Source: Nitrosopumilaceae archaeon (GTDB lineage Archaea; Thermoproteota; Nitrososphaeria; Nitrososphaerales; Nitrosopumilaceae). Taken from it: a stretch of 64,000 nt of DNA. A model generated the notes under the pieces. The model made no database searches, was not told the origin of the DNA, and worked only from the letters and a program-made list of their open reading frames with translations. This document shows positions 11,091 to 19,541 of the stretch, one piece after another. Made by a program: the position numbers and the translations under genes. The stretch lies in assembly GCA_965214835.1 (NCBI GenBank), contig CBDCCK010000002.1, forward strand, positions 384,001 through 448,000, in the 5' to 3' direction. Each line of letters starts with the position of its first letter. Positions within the stretch are counted from its first letter, which is position 1.

Positions 11091-12017
11091 ATGGACGGTT
11101 CGGATTTTTACACGCCATCGGACGTTCCTGAAAGCATCAGGGCCTTTGACTCGGAGGTGAGGCAGCTGGCAGTCGGAAAGGCCGGAAAAAACGGCTCCCT
11201 GAGGCTGGTCTTTCAAAGTGATCAGAATGGGAGGACCGTCGTGGGGGATCTGTTCTCCGAGGCGCCCCTTCACGTACAAAGGGCGCTGCACTATGACGGC
11301 TCGTGCCCGGACCTGGCATACCTGTACATGGTCTCGGCATCCGGCGGGGTGCTGCAGGGAGACCGATACAGGATTGACATCACGATGAAAAAAAACTCCA
11401 AGGCCCACGTTACAACACAGGGCGCAACCAGGATCTACGGCATGGATTCAAACAGCGCGACGCAGATGATCAACATTACGCTGGACGAGGACTCGTATCT
11501 GGAGTTTGTCCCGGACCAGATAATTCCGTATCGCAACTCGAGGTTCTACCAGAAAACGAGCCTGAAGGTGCACGACTCGGCCACCGCGGTCTGCTCGGAG
11601 ATTCTCACGCCCGGGCGGACTGCAATGAACGAGTCATTTGAGTATGACGTGTGCTATCTCAAGACCAGTGCAATCAATCATGAAAACGTTCTGAGATTCA
11701 CGGATGCCGCAAGCCTTGAGCCAAAAAAGCGGGGGCTTTCATCCCCCGGGATTCTGGGTGGCCATGCGGTTGCGGGCTCCGTATACATCCTGACCGGAAG
11801 GCAGAACGCCTCAGGGCTGCACGGCGAAATCAACGAGACGATTTCCGAAAGCGCGGGGGTCTCGGGCGGGGCAAGCCTCATGAGAAACGATGCCGGGCTG
11901 CTGGTCAGAGTCCTCGGAGACGAGACCGAGCCCGTCAGAGATGCGATTCTGGGCATAGTCGGCTCCGTCAGGCAGGCTGCAATAGGCGCATCGTTTTCAG
12001 GCGTCAGAAAGAACTAG
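11091..12017 (+). CDS. ureD: Urease accessory protein UreD
   Basis: SGGVLQGD, TTQGATRIY, EILTPGR. Confidence 0.92.
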   Translation: MDGSDFYTPSDVPESIRAFDSEVRQLAVGKAGKNGSLRLVFQSDQNGRTVVGDLFSEAPLHVQRALHYDGSCPDLAYLYMVSASGGVLQGDRYRIDITMKKNSKAHVTTQGATRIYGMDSNSATQMINITLDEDSYLEFVPDQIIPYRNSRFYQKTSLKVHDSATAVCSEILTPGRTAMNESFEYDVCYLKTSAINHENVLRFTDAASLEPKKRGLSSPGILGGHAVAGSVYILTGRQNASGLHGEINETISESAGVSGGASLMRNDAGLLVRVLGDETEPVRDAILGIVGSVRQAAIGASFSGVRKN

Positions 12018-12261
12018 ATGGGCGGCATCTGAGGGTGTTGCGGGGTTGCTTTCTAGTTCGGCAATCAGCCTAATTTTCTAAATTCTCTACCATATTGATC
12101 AGAACAGGTGTGGTTCCCTAATGACGAAACATGAGACGCAGGGAGTACCACAAGTACTACCATCGTGACTTCAATTCTGCCCGGGGGCTATCCTATTACC
12201 CCCAGCCTGTTCTACCACCATCCCGTGCCTGAGCCTAGCCTAATGTCCAAAATATTACTGA

Positions 12262-13173
12262 TTACCTGATGTTGGAAGGCGGGACAAATTCAATTATGTG
12301 TGACTTCCCCGCCTGATTTTCAATAATTTTTACCGCGTTTGTTTGTGAGAATGTCAGAATTGTAGCATGGTGTATGGATAATACTAAATCCAGCAACTTG
12401 GGTTCGTCTTCTATCATCGATATTTTCAGTTTAAGATCTTTGCATTTTTGTGCTGTAAATTGTCTATTGTGAGACTTGGTTTCATCGTTATCTGTTAGAC
12501 CCTTGACAATCCCGTTTACTATTTTTTCGGCATCTGTATCTCCTAGGTACATCCCGGTCAGCAAAGCGTTGGTTGCAATTTCTTTTGACCATCTGATTGC
12601 TCTTTCACACTGCCCAACCAATGTTGGCGAATATTTGGCCAAAATAGGCTGCCATACTGGAATCTTGTCTTTGTCTTTTTTGATTTCGTCTACCGCTCGA
12701 TTAAACTCATCCATTAATCCAACGGCTGGGAATCTCCCTTCTATTTGCGGATCAATTGGGCCTAAACTTGACTGCTTCCCCATCAGGATTTCTTTGCATG
12801 CACAAGAGATCATTGTACCTCCTGACATTGCCATCTGTGGTATTATTGCCCGAATGTTTGTTCCAAACATTTGTCGCAAATAATCTATCAACGACTCTGT
12901 TGCCGCAACGTCGCCTCCAGGAGTATGCAAAATCAGATCTAGGCCTTTATCGCGCTCTAATCCGTGTATGGCCGTCATGAATCCATTTTTATCGTTGTTA
13001 TTGATTCCCAGAACTGCTCCCAACTGAACTGGTTTTTGTAACCATCCTGAATAATAGATTATGACATTTCTGCCTGTATGCTCGCTCAGCTTGCGTTGGT
13101 AGTCTCTTCTAAAAATATCGTATGTGCTTCCACTACTGTTTACTATGTCTCTGATATCATTATAATTTGGCAT
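12262..13173 (-). CDS. SDH-family ClpP-fold serine protease
   Basis: LDLILHTPGG, AMSGGT (catalytic Ser), SSLGPIDPQ, KSH; AT-rich relative to neighbours. Confidence 0.85.
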   Translation of the reverse strand: MPNYNDIRDIVNSSGSTYDIFRRDYQRKLSEHTGRNVIIYYSGWLQKPVQLGAVLGINNNDKNGFMTAIHGLERDKGLDLILHTPGGDVAATESLIDYLRQMFGTNIRAIIPQMAMSGGTMISCACKEILMGKQSSLGPIDPQIEGRFPAVGLMDEFNRAVDEIKKDKDKIPVWQPILAKYSPTLVGQCERAIRWSKEIATNALLTGMYLGDTDAEKIVNGIVKGLTDNDETKSHNRQFTAQKCKDLKLKISMIEDEPKLLDLVLSIHHATILTFSQTNAVKIIENQAGKSHIIEFVPPSNIR

Positions 13174-13358
13174 TATTCTACTTTAGAAGTAACCGTTGTC
13201 AGTTTAAGAAACTTGCTATAATCTGCATTCGTCTCTCGGTAGTCAAATTTCAAAAAGCCTTCTCTCTTCTCACTGGTTTCAAGATCCAATTCTTCGAATA
13301 TTTCATGAATGTCCATTCCTTCTTCCGCACCCATGCATTTTTTAAATTTTAGCACCAT
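13173..13358 (-). CDS. Small protein translationally coupled to the SDH protease
   Basis: TAATG stop/start overlap with the protease gene; same AT-rich composition. Confidence 0.5.
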   Translation of the reverse strand: MVLKFKKCMGAEEGMDIHEIFEELDLETSEKREGFLKFDYRETNADYSKFLKLTTVTSKVE

Positions 13359-13513
13359 AAATAACTTTGGCGCGTCTCAGTGTAAGAGACGTGTACGAGA
13401 CACCTACGTTTTGACAGCCTGAGAGTTGATTCGAAATCGGCGGATTCGGATCATGCATGAATAAGTTTTACATCAAGCCGATTAAAATGCTCGCAGATGG
13501 TAAATTATCATAA

Positions 13514-13617
13514 CAGTTCGGATTCTGGAAGTTATTTCTGATTTCAGGCACAAATTCTATTTTGATCGGCATTCGCTAATAGCAAAATTCGTGCCTGAAC
13601 TTCCAGAGCCTGACCTG
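13514..13617. repeat. Long imperfect palindrome with CAG...CTG ends
   Basis: ctggaagtt/aacttccag and tcaggcacaaatt/aattcgtgcctga inverted pairs. Confidence 0.5.
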
Positions 13618-13624
13618 CTACGGA

Positions 13625-13750
13625 GGTTGTTGCCTAATTCCACTTATTTGACTCAACCAGTATGTTTTTCTGAATTTTCGCCCTTTTGCACGACTGATCC
13701 ATGTGGCATCTCAACGGTTTTCAGGAATTCTGGCGAATTAGGAAGCAACC
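13625..13750 (+). mobile_element. MITE-like element family A
   Basis: 126 bp, closely similar to 149-274; ends ggttgttgcctaattc / gaattaggaagcaacc. Confidence 0.8.
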
Positions 13751-13859
13751 CCCTGCGGCTATGGGCCATCCTATTACGAGCAGTCCGTACGAAGGCTGTT
13801 TGTAAATGGGGAGGTTCTGCCAGTGAAACTGTTCCGACATTCAATGGGCTAACTACGCA

Positions 13860-13905
13860 CGCAGCCGCCTGAACCGCCACTAATCGGCTACGTCTTGGAA
13901 GACTG
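13860..13905 (+). mobile_element. Partial family B MITE (right end)
   Basis: gccgcctgaaccgccactaatcggctacgtcttggaagactg matches the B right end. Confidence 0.5.
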
Positions 13906-13993
13906 CCATGCCTCATTTTCCAGCATGTTCTTTTCGTAATAGGGTGCGGTTATGAAAATACAACGATGGCAGATCGGTCTTCCTGCCGTGCGG

Positions 13994-16303
13994 CTAGCCA
14001 AGCAGGACTACCGGCTTTGAGGTAAGTTTTAGGACCTTCCTAGTCACGTGCCCAAAGTCATCCTTGGTGCCTCCAAGCCCCCGGCATCCCATTGCAATCA
14101 GATCCACGCCTAGCTTGTCTGCCAGCTCGGCAATCTTGACCGGGGGATTGCCCAGCTTTACGATTCTCTTGTAGTCGTTGATCTGCTTGGGAACCACGAT
14201 GCTTCTGAGCACCAAGTGTCCCTCCTCCTGCATCTGGGAGCTGAGTTCCTCATCCATGTTCTCCTCCTGCTCGTCAGGCCAGTCTATGACATGCAGTAGG
14301 TAGATCTGCACTCTTGCGGCGCCCCTAAAGAGATAGCTTGCATTGTCAAGTGCCTTGAGGGATTTTACAGAGCCGTCAACGGGCACTAGGATCTTCATCA
14401 CGGGAGTAATATCGCCTGAGTCGTCCTCAAATTCCGGCCTGTCGCGATACTCATCGGCGGTTCTAGCCCTTGAGATGATTTCCCTGATGCTGCTTCTGGC
14501 CTCAAGAAACGGCAGGACTATGACGGATCCCGCCGCGCCAAACGCCCATACTACCGCAAGAGCAATCCAGGCCGTAAAGGACTCGATGGAAAAGACGTAC
14601 TCGGTAAGGTAAAACGACATAGGCCAGACGATTACAAGGAATATCGTTATTCCAAACCCGACCCTCTTGCAGAACCTGGATGCATTCTCCAACAGCCTCT
14701 CATCGGTGTCGCGCTTTAGCATCGAGCGGACCCTGTCGTCGACTACGAGGATTTTTTGCTTCAGGGCGCGAAAGTCAAAGTTTTCTGGAACAAGCGCGCT
14801 TCCGCCGATGGTGAGTGCAAGGCTGGTGAGTATCGACGTTACGTTTCCCACAAGCAGCGGAATCGTATTCCCGGTAGATGAGATCGTAACCTCCCCAAAC
14901 ATCAGGCTTGCTGAAAAGATCCATGCAACCACCCCGCAAAACAGGCCTGCCAGTGCCCCGGCCGTTGCCGCGTACCTGTTCGTCTTTTCCCACAGGATTG
15001 AAAACGAGATGGGCGCCACCGCGGAGCCGATCAAAATCCCCATCATCAGGTACACATACTGCAGGCTGACGCCGAGCTGGAACAGTATTGATGCCAGGGC
15101 CCCCATCCCTATGCCAAAGCACAAGATGGCGAATCGGGAGACCCGTATAAGCTCCCTTCCCGTTGCAGAGGGCTTTAGGTATGTCCTGAATACGTCATAT
15201 GTCATCAGCGAGGAGACGCTGACCAGCTGTGACGAGCCTGCAGCCGTGACTGCCGTAAAGACGATTGTCAGGATAAGAATCGCCCCCAGATCGCCCATCA
15301 GCTGCACTGCCGCAGTCGGGGCTACGAGTCCAAGGCCTATCTGATCCTCGGTCAGCGTGACGCCCGTCGCGACTGCGGCCAGGCCAAGCGTCGTGGCCAG
15401 GGTAAACGGGATTGCAAACCACGCCAGCCCCCCCATTATAAAGCCGCCCGTCGCAGCCCTCGGCCTTGCGGCAATGGATCTCTGCCAGTACGACTGATCG
15501 ACGAAGACGGTCCCAAAGTTTCCCACTATGTTGATTATGCCAAAGATCAGGGCGCCGACTGAGGCAAGGGTCAGAAAGCTTCCCAGCGCGTTTCCCTCGA
15601 CGGGTGCCAGCGCAGAGGCGCCGCCAAGCTTGTCATACATCCCGGAGATCCCCCCGATATCCGGGCTCACAAAATAGATTACCGTGACAAAGATCAGGAC
15701 TACGACGAAGATAAACGCGGTGTTGATATACTCTGCAAAAAACGTAGCCTTTAGCCCCCCAAAGATGGTATAAAGTATTATCCCCAGGGGCAGCAGGAAT
15801 GCGGCAAGCGTTATGTCGACGCCGGTAAGGGAGTTGACTACTGCTGCGCCTCCGAGGACAAGCATTGCTGTAACTATGGTGTTTGTCATCAGTGCAAAGA
15901 ACAAAAAGACCTTGTGGGAGTGCTTGCCATACCTGACGTATATCATCTCCGGAAACGTGTGGGTCATCGGCGCCTTGCGCTTGAGCTCTATTGCAAGGAT
16001 TGAGAACAAAATCACCTGGATGCTGGCGCCTGCGGCATACCAAAACGATCCGGCGATTCCAAACTCAAAGGTCACGGTGGATGACTGCAGCAGGGTTGCT
16101 GCCCACGTCCAGGCCGATACTATGGATGAGGCAATCAGCCCCGTCTTGATGGTTCTCCCCGCCGTGTAGAACCATTCGGATGTTTTTCGCGTGCCAAGCC
16201 ATTTCGTCTCGGCCTTTACCATCAGGGTGACTGCAAGGGCCATGATCAGGCCGACTCCGATTAGCACGAGAAACCCGACATTTTCCGGCAGGATGGATGT
16301 CAT
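13994..16303 (-). CDS. dur3: DUR3-type transporter fused to a C-terminal USP domain (copy 2)
   Basis: Same DUR3 motifs as copy 1, then MKILVPVDGS...DLIAMGCRGLGG...GHVTRKVL USP domain; ATG 16303 lies ~30 nt after TTTAATA. Confidence 0.88.
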   Translation of the reverse strand: MTSILPENVGFLVLIGVGLIMALAVTLMVKAETKWLGTRKTSEWFYTAGRTIKTGLIASSIVSAWTWAATLLQSSTVTFEFGIAGSFWYAAGASIQVILFSILAIELKRKAPMTHTFPEMIYVRYGKHSHKVFLFFALMTNTIVTAMLVLGGAAVVNSLTGVDITLAAFLLPLGIILYTIFGGLKATFFAEYINTAFIFVVVLIFVTVIYFVSPDIGGISGMYDKLGGASALAPVEGNALGSFLTLASVGALIFGIINIVGNFGTVFVDQSYWQRSIAARPRAATGGFIMGGLAWFAIPFTLATTLGLAAVATGVTLTEDQIGLGLVAPTAAVQLMGDLGAILILTIVFTAVTAAGSSQLVSVSSLMTYDVFRTYLKPSATGRELIRVSRFAILCFGIGMGALASILFQLGVSLQYVYLMMGILIGSAVAPISFSILWEKTNRYAATAGALAGLFCGVVAWIFSASLMFGEVTISSTGNTIPLLVGNVTSILTSLALTIGGSALVPENFDFRALKQKILVVDDRVRSMLKRDTDERLLENASRFCKRVGFGITIFLVIVWPMSFYLTEYVFSIESFTAWIALAVVWAFGAAGSVIVLPFLEARSSIREIISRARTADEYRDRPEFEDDSGDITPVMKILVPVDGSVKSLKALDNASYLFRGAARVQIYLLHVIDWPDEQEENMDEELSSQMQEEGHLVLRSIVVPKQINDYKRIVKLGNPPVKIAELADKLGVDLIAMGCRGLGGTKDDFGHVTRKVLKLTSKPVVLLG

Positions 16304-16314
16304 GGACAGGATCA

Positions 16315-16337
16315 GGAATCGTGATTCCGGTATTAAA
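16315..16337 (-). promoter_or_regulatory. TATA box and palindrome GGAATC-N2-GATTCC upstream of dur3-USP
   Basis: TTTAATA on the minus strand at 16331-16337; perfect 6+6 palindrome at 16315-16328 between TATA and ATG. Confidence 0.5.
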
Positions 16338-16522
16338 GTGGTCAGGACTCCGGGCAGGACACGGCCTGTCCTTTGGATTCCAGCACCCCCAAGAGCGCCC
16401 CACAAGACTGCTCCGACTAGGCACACATCTGTGATCTTCACGCCTGGCCGGCAGGGGAAGGCGGCCCCGTACCGTCGAGCCTTGAAGATATGTTAAATAC
16501 AAGTTTTACGGTTGTGGAATAA

Positions 16523-17062
16523 ATGGTAGACAGGATAGACGAGCTGATAATCTCTGCGCTCAGCCAGAACTCGCGGCAGAGTGTCTTTGAGCTTTGGGAC
16601 TTTCTGAAGGGATTCGGTCATAACGTCCCCGAGGAGGAGATCGAGTCGCGCAAAAAAACCCTGGAGGAAGAGGGGATTATCAGAAGGTATACGATTTCGG
16701 TTGACTCAAAAAAGCTTCCCGGCAGGGTCATACGCGTCGATCTGGTGACGTTTAGGACGTCGCAGGCCCTGCAAAAGAGGCTGGAGGGGCTGAAAAAATA
16801 CCTCAACGACGCCCCGTTTGTAGTCTTTACGGGAAAGACCAGGGGCGGATACGACTGGATTACGATAAAGTCATTTCTGTCATCGGAGATGGCAGACGAG
16901 GAAAACGACATATACAGGAACCTGTTCGGGGACATCATACAGACCTACGAGGTGTATGACTTTGTTCCACAGACTGACGCCTCGCTTTATGCCCTGGCAT
17001 ATACGGAGGCAGAATACAAGAGGTTCCTCAGGGAATGGGCCCCGCCGTTCATAGGCAAATGA
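16523..17062 (+). CDS. Lrp/AsnC-family transcriptional regulator
   Basis: N-terminal wHTH (IDELIISALSQNSR...LEEEGIIRRYTI) plus RAM-like domain (TRGGYDW). Confidence 0.8.
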   Translation: MVDRIDELIISALSQNSRQSVFELWDFLKGFGHNVPEEEIESRKKTLEEEGIIRRYTISVDSKKLPGRVIRVDLVTFRTSQALQKRLEGLKKYLNDAPFVVFTGKTRGGYDWITIKSFLSSEMADEENDIYRNLFGDIIQTYEVYDFVPQTDASLYALAYTEAEYKRFLREWAPPFIGK

Positions 17063-17073
17063 GTCGGCGTCGA

Positions 17074-17958
17074 CTAGGTGCCGCCTTTGGGGCGGGCGTG
17101 CTTTGAGCGGCCCTTTTTGTATTTCAGCGCATCGTCGATCATCGCATGCGTCTGTCTTCTCAGGCCCATCAAAAACTTGACCAGATCCACCCGCTCCTTT
17201 GGAGGGACCTTGTGGGCATCCTCGATTAAATCGTCTATTCTTGAAAGCGTAATCTTGAGGGCCAGGGTGCCCTTTCTGATGATTTGCGTCTCTTTGGACT
17301 TTGGCTCTTTTTTGTATCCGTACTCGTCTGACTCTGCCTTTAGCCTGCTCTTCATTTTTCTGATCTGCCTTACCGTAAGCTTGTTGTCGACTATCTCATC
17401 TACCAGCTCCGTCCTTAGTGCAGCGCCGACATTGGTAAGCTCCAGCGCCTGGCTGACGCTCAGGCCGCTGCCAGTCACCCTGTCTTTTACCTCCTCGGGA
17501 AGTCTCAGCAGCTGCATCCTGTGCGAGACATACTCCTCGCTCTTGCCAATTCTCCTCCCAAGATCGCTTACCCCGCCCCAGCCAAAGTCGACTACGTATT
17601 TTTGGTAGGCCTCTGCCTCCTCGATGGGATCCATTGATTTTCGCTGCAGGTTCTCTGTTAGCTGGATTTCATATGCCTGCTTGTCGGAGAACTCGCGTAT
17701 TTTGCACGGGATGAACCTCCACCTGAGGGACCTGCATGCGGCAAACCTCCTGTGGCCGGCTACGATCTCAAAGCCGTGCTCCAGGGGGCGGACGACTATG
17801 GGCTGGAGCAGGCCGTGATCCTTTATGCTTGATTTGAGGTTGGTCATCTCCGGGGAGTTCCTCGGATCAGGGTACCTGACCGGAAACTTTGAGGGCCTGA
17901 TCATCCGTAGCTCAATTGGTTCGACCAACGAATTGTCATAGGCCTCCGTACCAGCCAT
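17074..17958 (-). CDS. ParB/Spo0J-like protein (no adjacent ParA)
   Basis: SIKDHGLLQPIVVR, IVAGHRRFAA, ENLQRKSMDPIEEA, HTH. Confidence 0.88.
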   Translation of the reverse strand: MAGTEAYDNSLVEPIELRMIRPSKFPVRYPDPRNSPEMTNLKSSIKDHGLLQPIVVRPLEHGFEIVAGHRRFAACRSLRWRFIPCKIREFSDKQAYEIQLTENLQRKSMDPIEEAEAYQKYVVDFGWGGVSDLGRRIGKSEEYVSHRMQLLRLPEEVKDRVTGSGLSVSQALELTNVGAALRTELVDEIVDNKLTVRQIRKMKSRLKAESDEYGYKKEPKSKETQIIRKGTLALKITLSRIDDLIEDAHKVPPKERVDLVKFLMGLRRQTHAMIDDALKYKKGRSKHARPKGGT

Positions 17959-18068
17959 GCCCGGTATACCCTACTCAGATATGATATTTATCGATTTATA
18001 GATCCCAGGGCAGGGGGTGTCTCTACCTGTAATTTCTGGCGGGGAGCTAGTCATACTCCTGTAAGCAA

Positions 18069-18147
18069 GAGACATTATGCGTAATCGGTGCAGATCAAAA
18101 AAATCAGGCAGCCTTTACGTCACTTTTGGCAGATATGCATGGGTCTA
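18069..18147 (+). mobile_element. MITE-like element family C
   Basis: gacattatgcgtaatcggtgcag start; aligns with 28079-28150. Confidence 0.65.
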
Positions 18148-18211
18148 GGCTGCCTGCAGATCCGGCATCTAGACGCCTGCACCGCCACGAGTCGGGTTAC
18201 ATCTAAGACTG
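18148..18211 (+). mobile_element. Right half of a family B MITE
   Basis: ggctgcctgcagatccg...cgccacgagtcgggttacatctaagactg matches the reverse complement of 6474-6540. Confidence 0.65.
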
Positions 18212-18293
18212 GTGCAGTACAAAAATCTGCCGGGTGGACGCTGCCCACGGCGGGGAGTTTTTCTGAGCTTTGCACTCCCAGGATTACCGCCAT

Positions 18294-19469
18294 CTATCGG
18301 ACATGGACCTGGGTTGTCTTGTGCGCAGATATCGGAATCATCGAGTGCACAGACTCCCACACAAAGGACTCTATCGTATAGCTGCCGGCAAGCGCAGGCA
18401 CCCACAGCTGGGATACCTCCAGGATTCCGTTGGGCGGAAAGGAGCTGGTAGCCCAGGATATTTTTGTCACTGCACCGTCAGAGTCCCTTACCTGGACAAT
18501 GAAGGCAAATGGCTGCTCGAATCCCTGGTTGTTTTTTATCTCGCCTACGACTTGGACCTGCTGGCCAGGCGAGATTTCTGAGAGCGGCCCTCCAGAGACG
18601 TCAGCCAGTGAGACGTTTAGCACCTGTGTCTTCCCGGTTGCCCCGCCGTCATGTTTCAGGAAGGCCTGTGCGGAAATATCAAGCTCGTCTGATACGTCAT
18701 GGGGGTAGGGCAGCGTGCGGTCCTGGTATCTGGCATATATCGTGCCCCCGGGCATTGCAAAAACGTTGTGTCCACTATTGTGGCCTGCTGACTGAATCCT
18801 AACCGTGCCCTCAAACAGGCCAGAGTCGGGACTCGTCTCGGTCATGTCGACACTTATCCCCGCCCTGTCAGTGTTGGAGAAGACAGCGATTTCGAACCCG
18901 TCGATCCTCTCGGGGTTCAGGTTCATGTCCGGATCATGCACGCGGATTACGGGGAATTGATTGGGGTCGCAATAATCGCACATGAACTCTATGGTTCCCA
19001 CGCTCCATGAGATCGGCGCCGACTCTGTTACGACCACGCCGTCTGCAAACTCAAATGATACCGTAATTGCAGAGTCACGCTCGGTCTCCAGGAATCCGCT
19101 GGTCGGCCCGCTGCCTGACGTTCTCGGGACAGTGTCAGGGCTGCCGTCACCGTCGACGTCGTGGGGGAATCCAGTAAGGATCACCTCCCCCGAAAATACC
19201 CCGCTGTTTGCATGGGTCTCTGCAAGCTTGTACTGATCCAGTGAAAAGCCGCGCGTAGAGATCTTTATCGGATGCTTGGGCTCGTTTCCAATCGCATCGA
19301 TCATATGCCTGTCCGTGTTCCAGCTGGGGGCAGCTATGGTGATGCTTACCTTGTCAGTCCAGCTGTAGGCCGGCTGATCAAAGAAGATCGGCGAGTACGG
19401 GTTGTCATAGTCGGGTATGGGCTCTGCAGACGCAAGAGGTAGCAGGAGGAGTAGCCAGATCAACGCCAA
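18294..19469 (-). CDS. Secreted hypothetical protein (thaumarchaeal type)
   Basis: Signal peptide LLLLLPLASA; repeated ETxxxSGxFxG motifs; Ig-like C-terminus. Confidence 0.75.
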   Translation of the reverse strand: MALIWLLLLLPLASAEPIPDYDNPYSPIFFDQPAYSWTDKVSITIAAPSWNTDRHMIDAIGNEPKHPIKISTRGFSLDQYKLAETHANSGVFSGEVILTGFPHDVDGDGSPDTVPRTSGSGPTSGFLETERDSAITVSFEFADGVVVTESAPISWSVGTIEFMCDYCDPNQFPVIRVHDPDMNLNPERIDGFEIAVFSNTDRAGISVDMTETSPDSGLFEGTVRIQSAGHNSGHNVFAMPGGTIYARYQDRTLPYPHDVSDELDISAQAFLKHDGGATGKTQVLNVSLADVSGGPLSEISPGQQVQVVGEIKNNQGFEQPFAFIVQVRDSDGAVTKISWATSSFPPNGILEVSQLWVPALAGSYTIESFVWESVHSMIPISAHKTTQVHVR

Positions 19470-19541
19470 TCCCGGTACGGCTCCGCCATTAATCTAGTTT
19501 ACCAAGAAGCCTTGAGTCTCCCGGCCTGCATGGGCGTGATG

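Noticed and set aside
12040-12120. Possible sixth family A copy
   Set aside because: Only a weak left-end match (ggggttgctttctagttc) and no right TIR
16304-16441. Longer dur3-USP N-terminus or riboswitch leader
   Set aside because: A TATA box ~30 nt before ATG 16303 implies a near-leaderless transcript; no known riboswitch motif recognised
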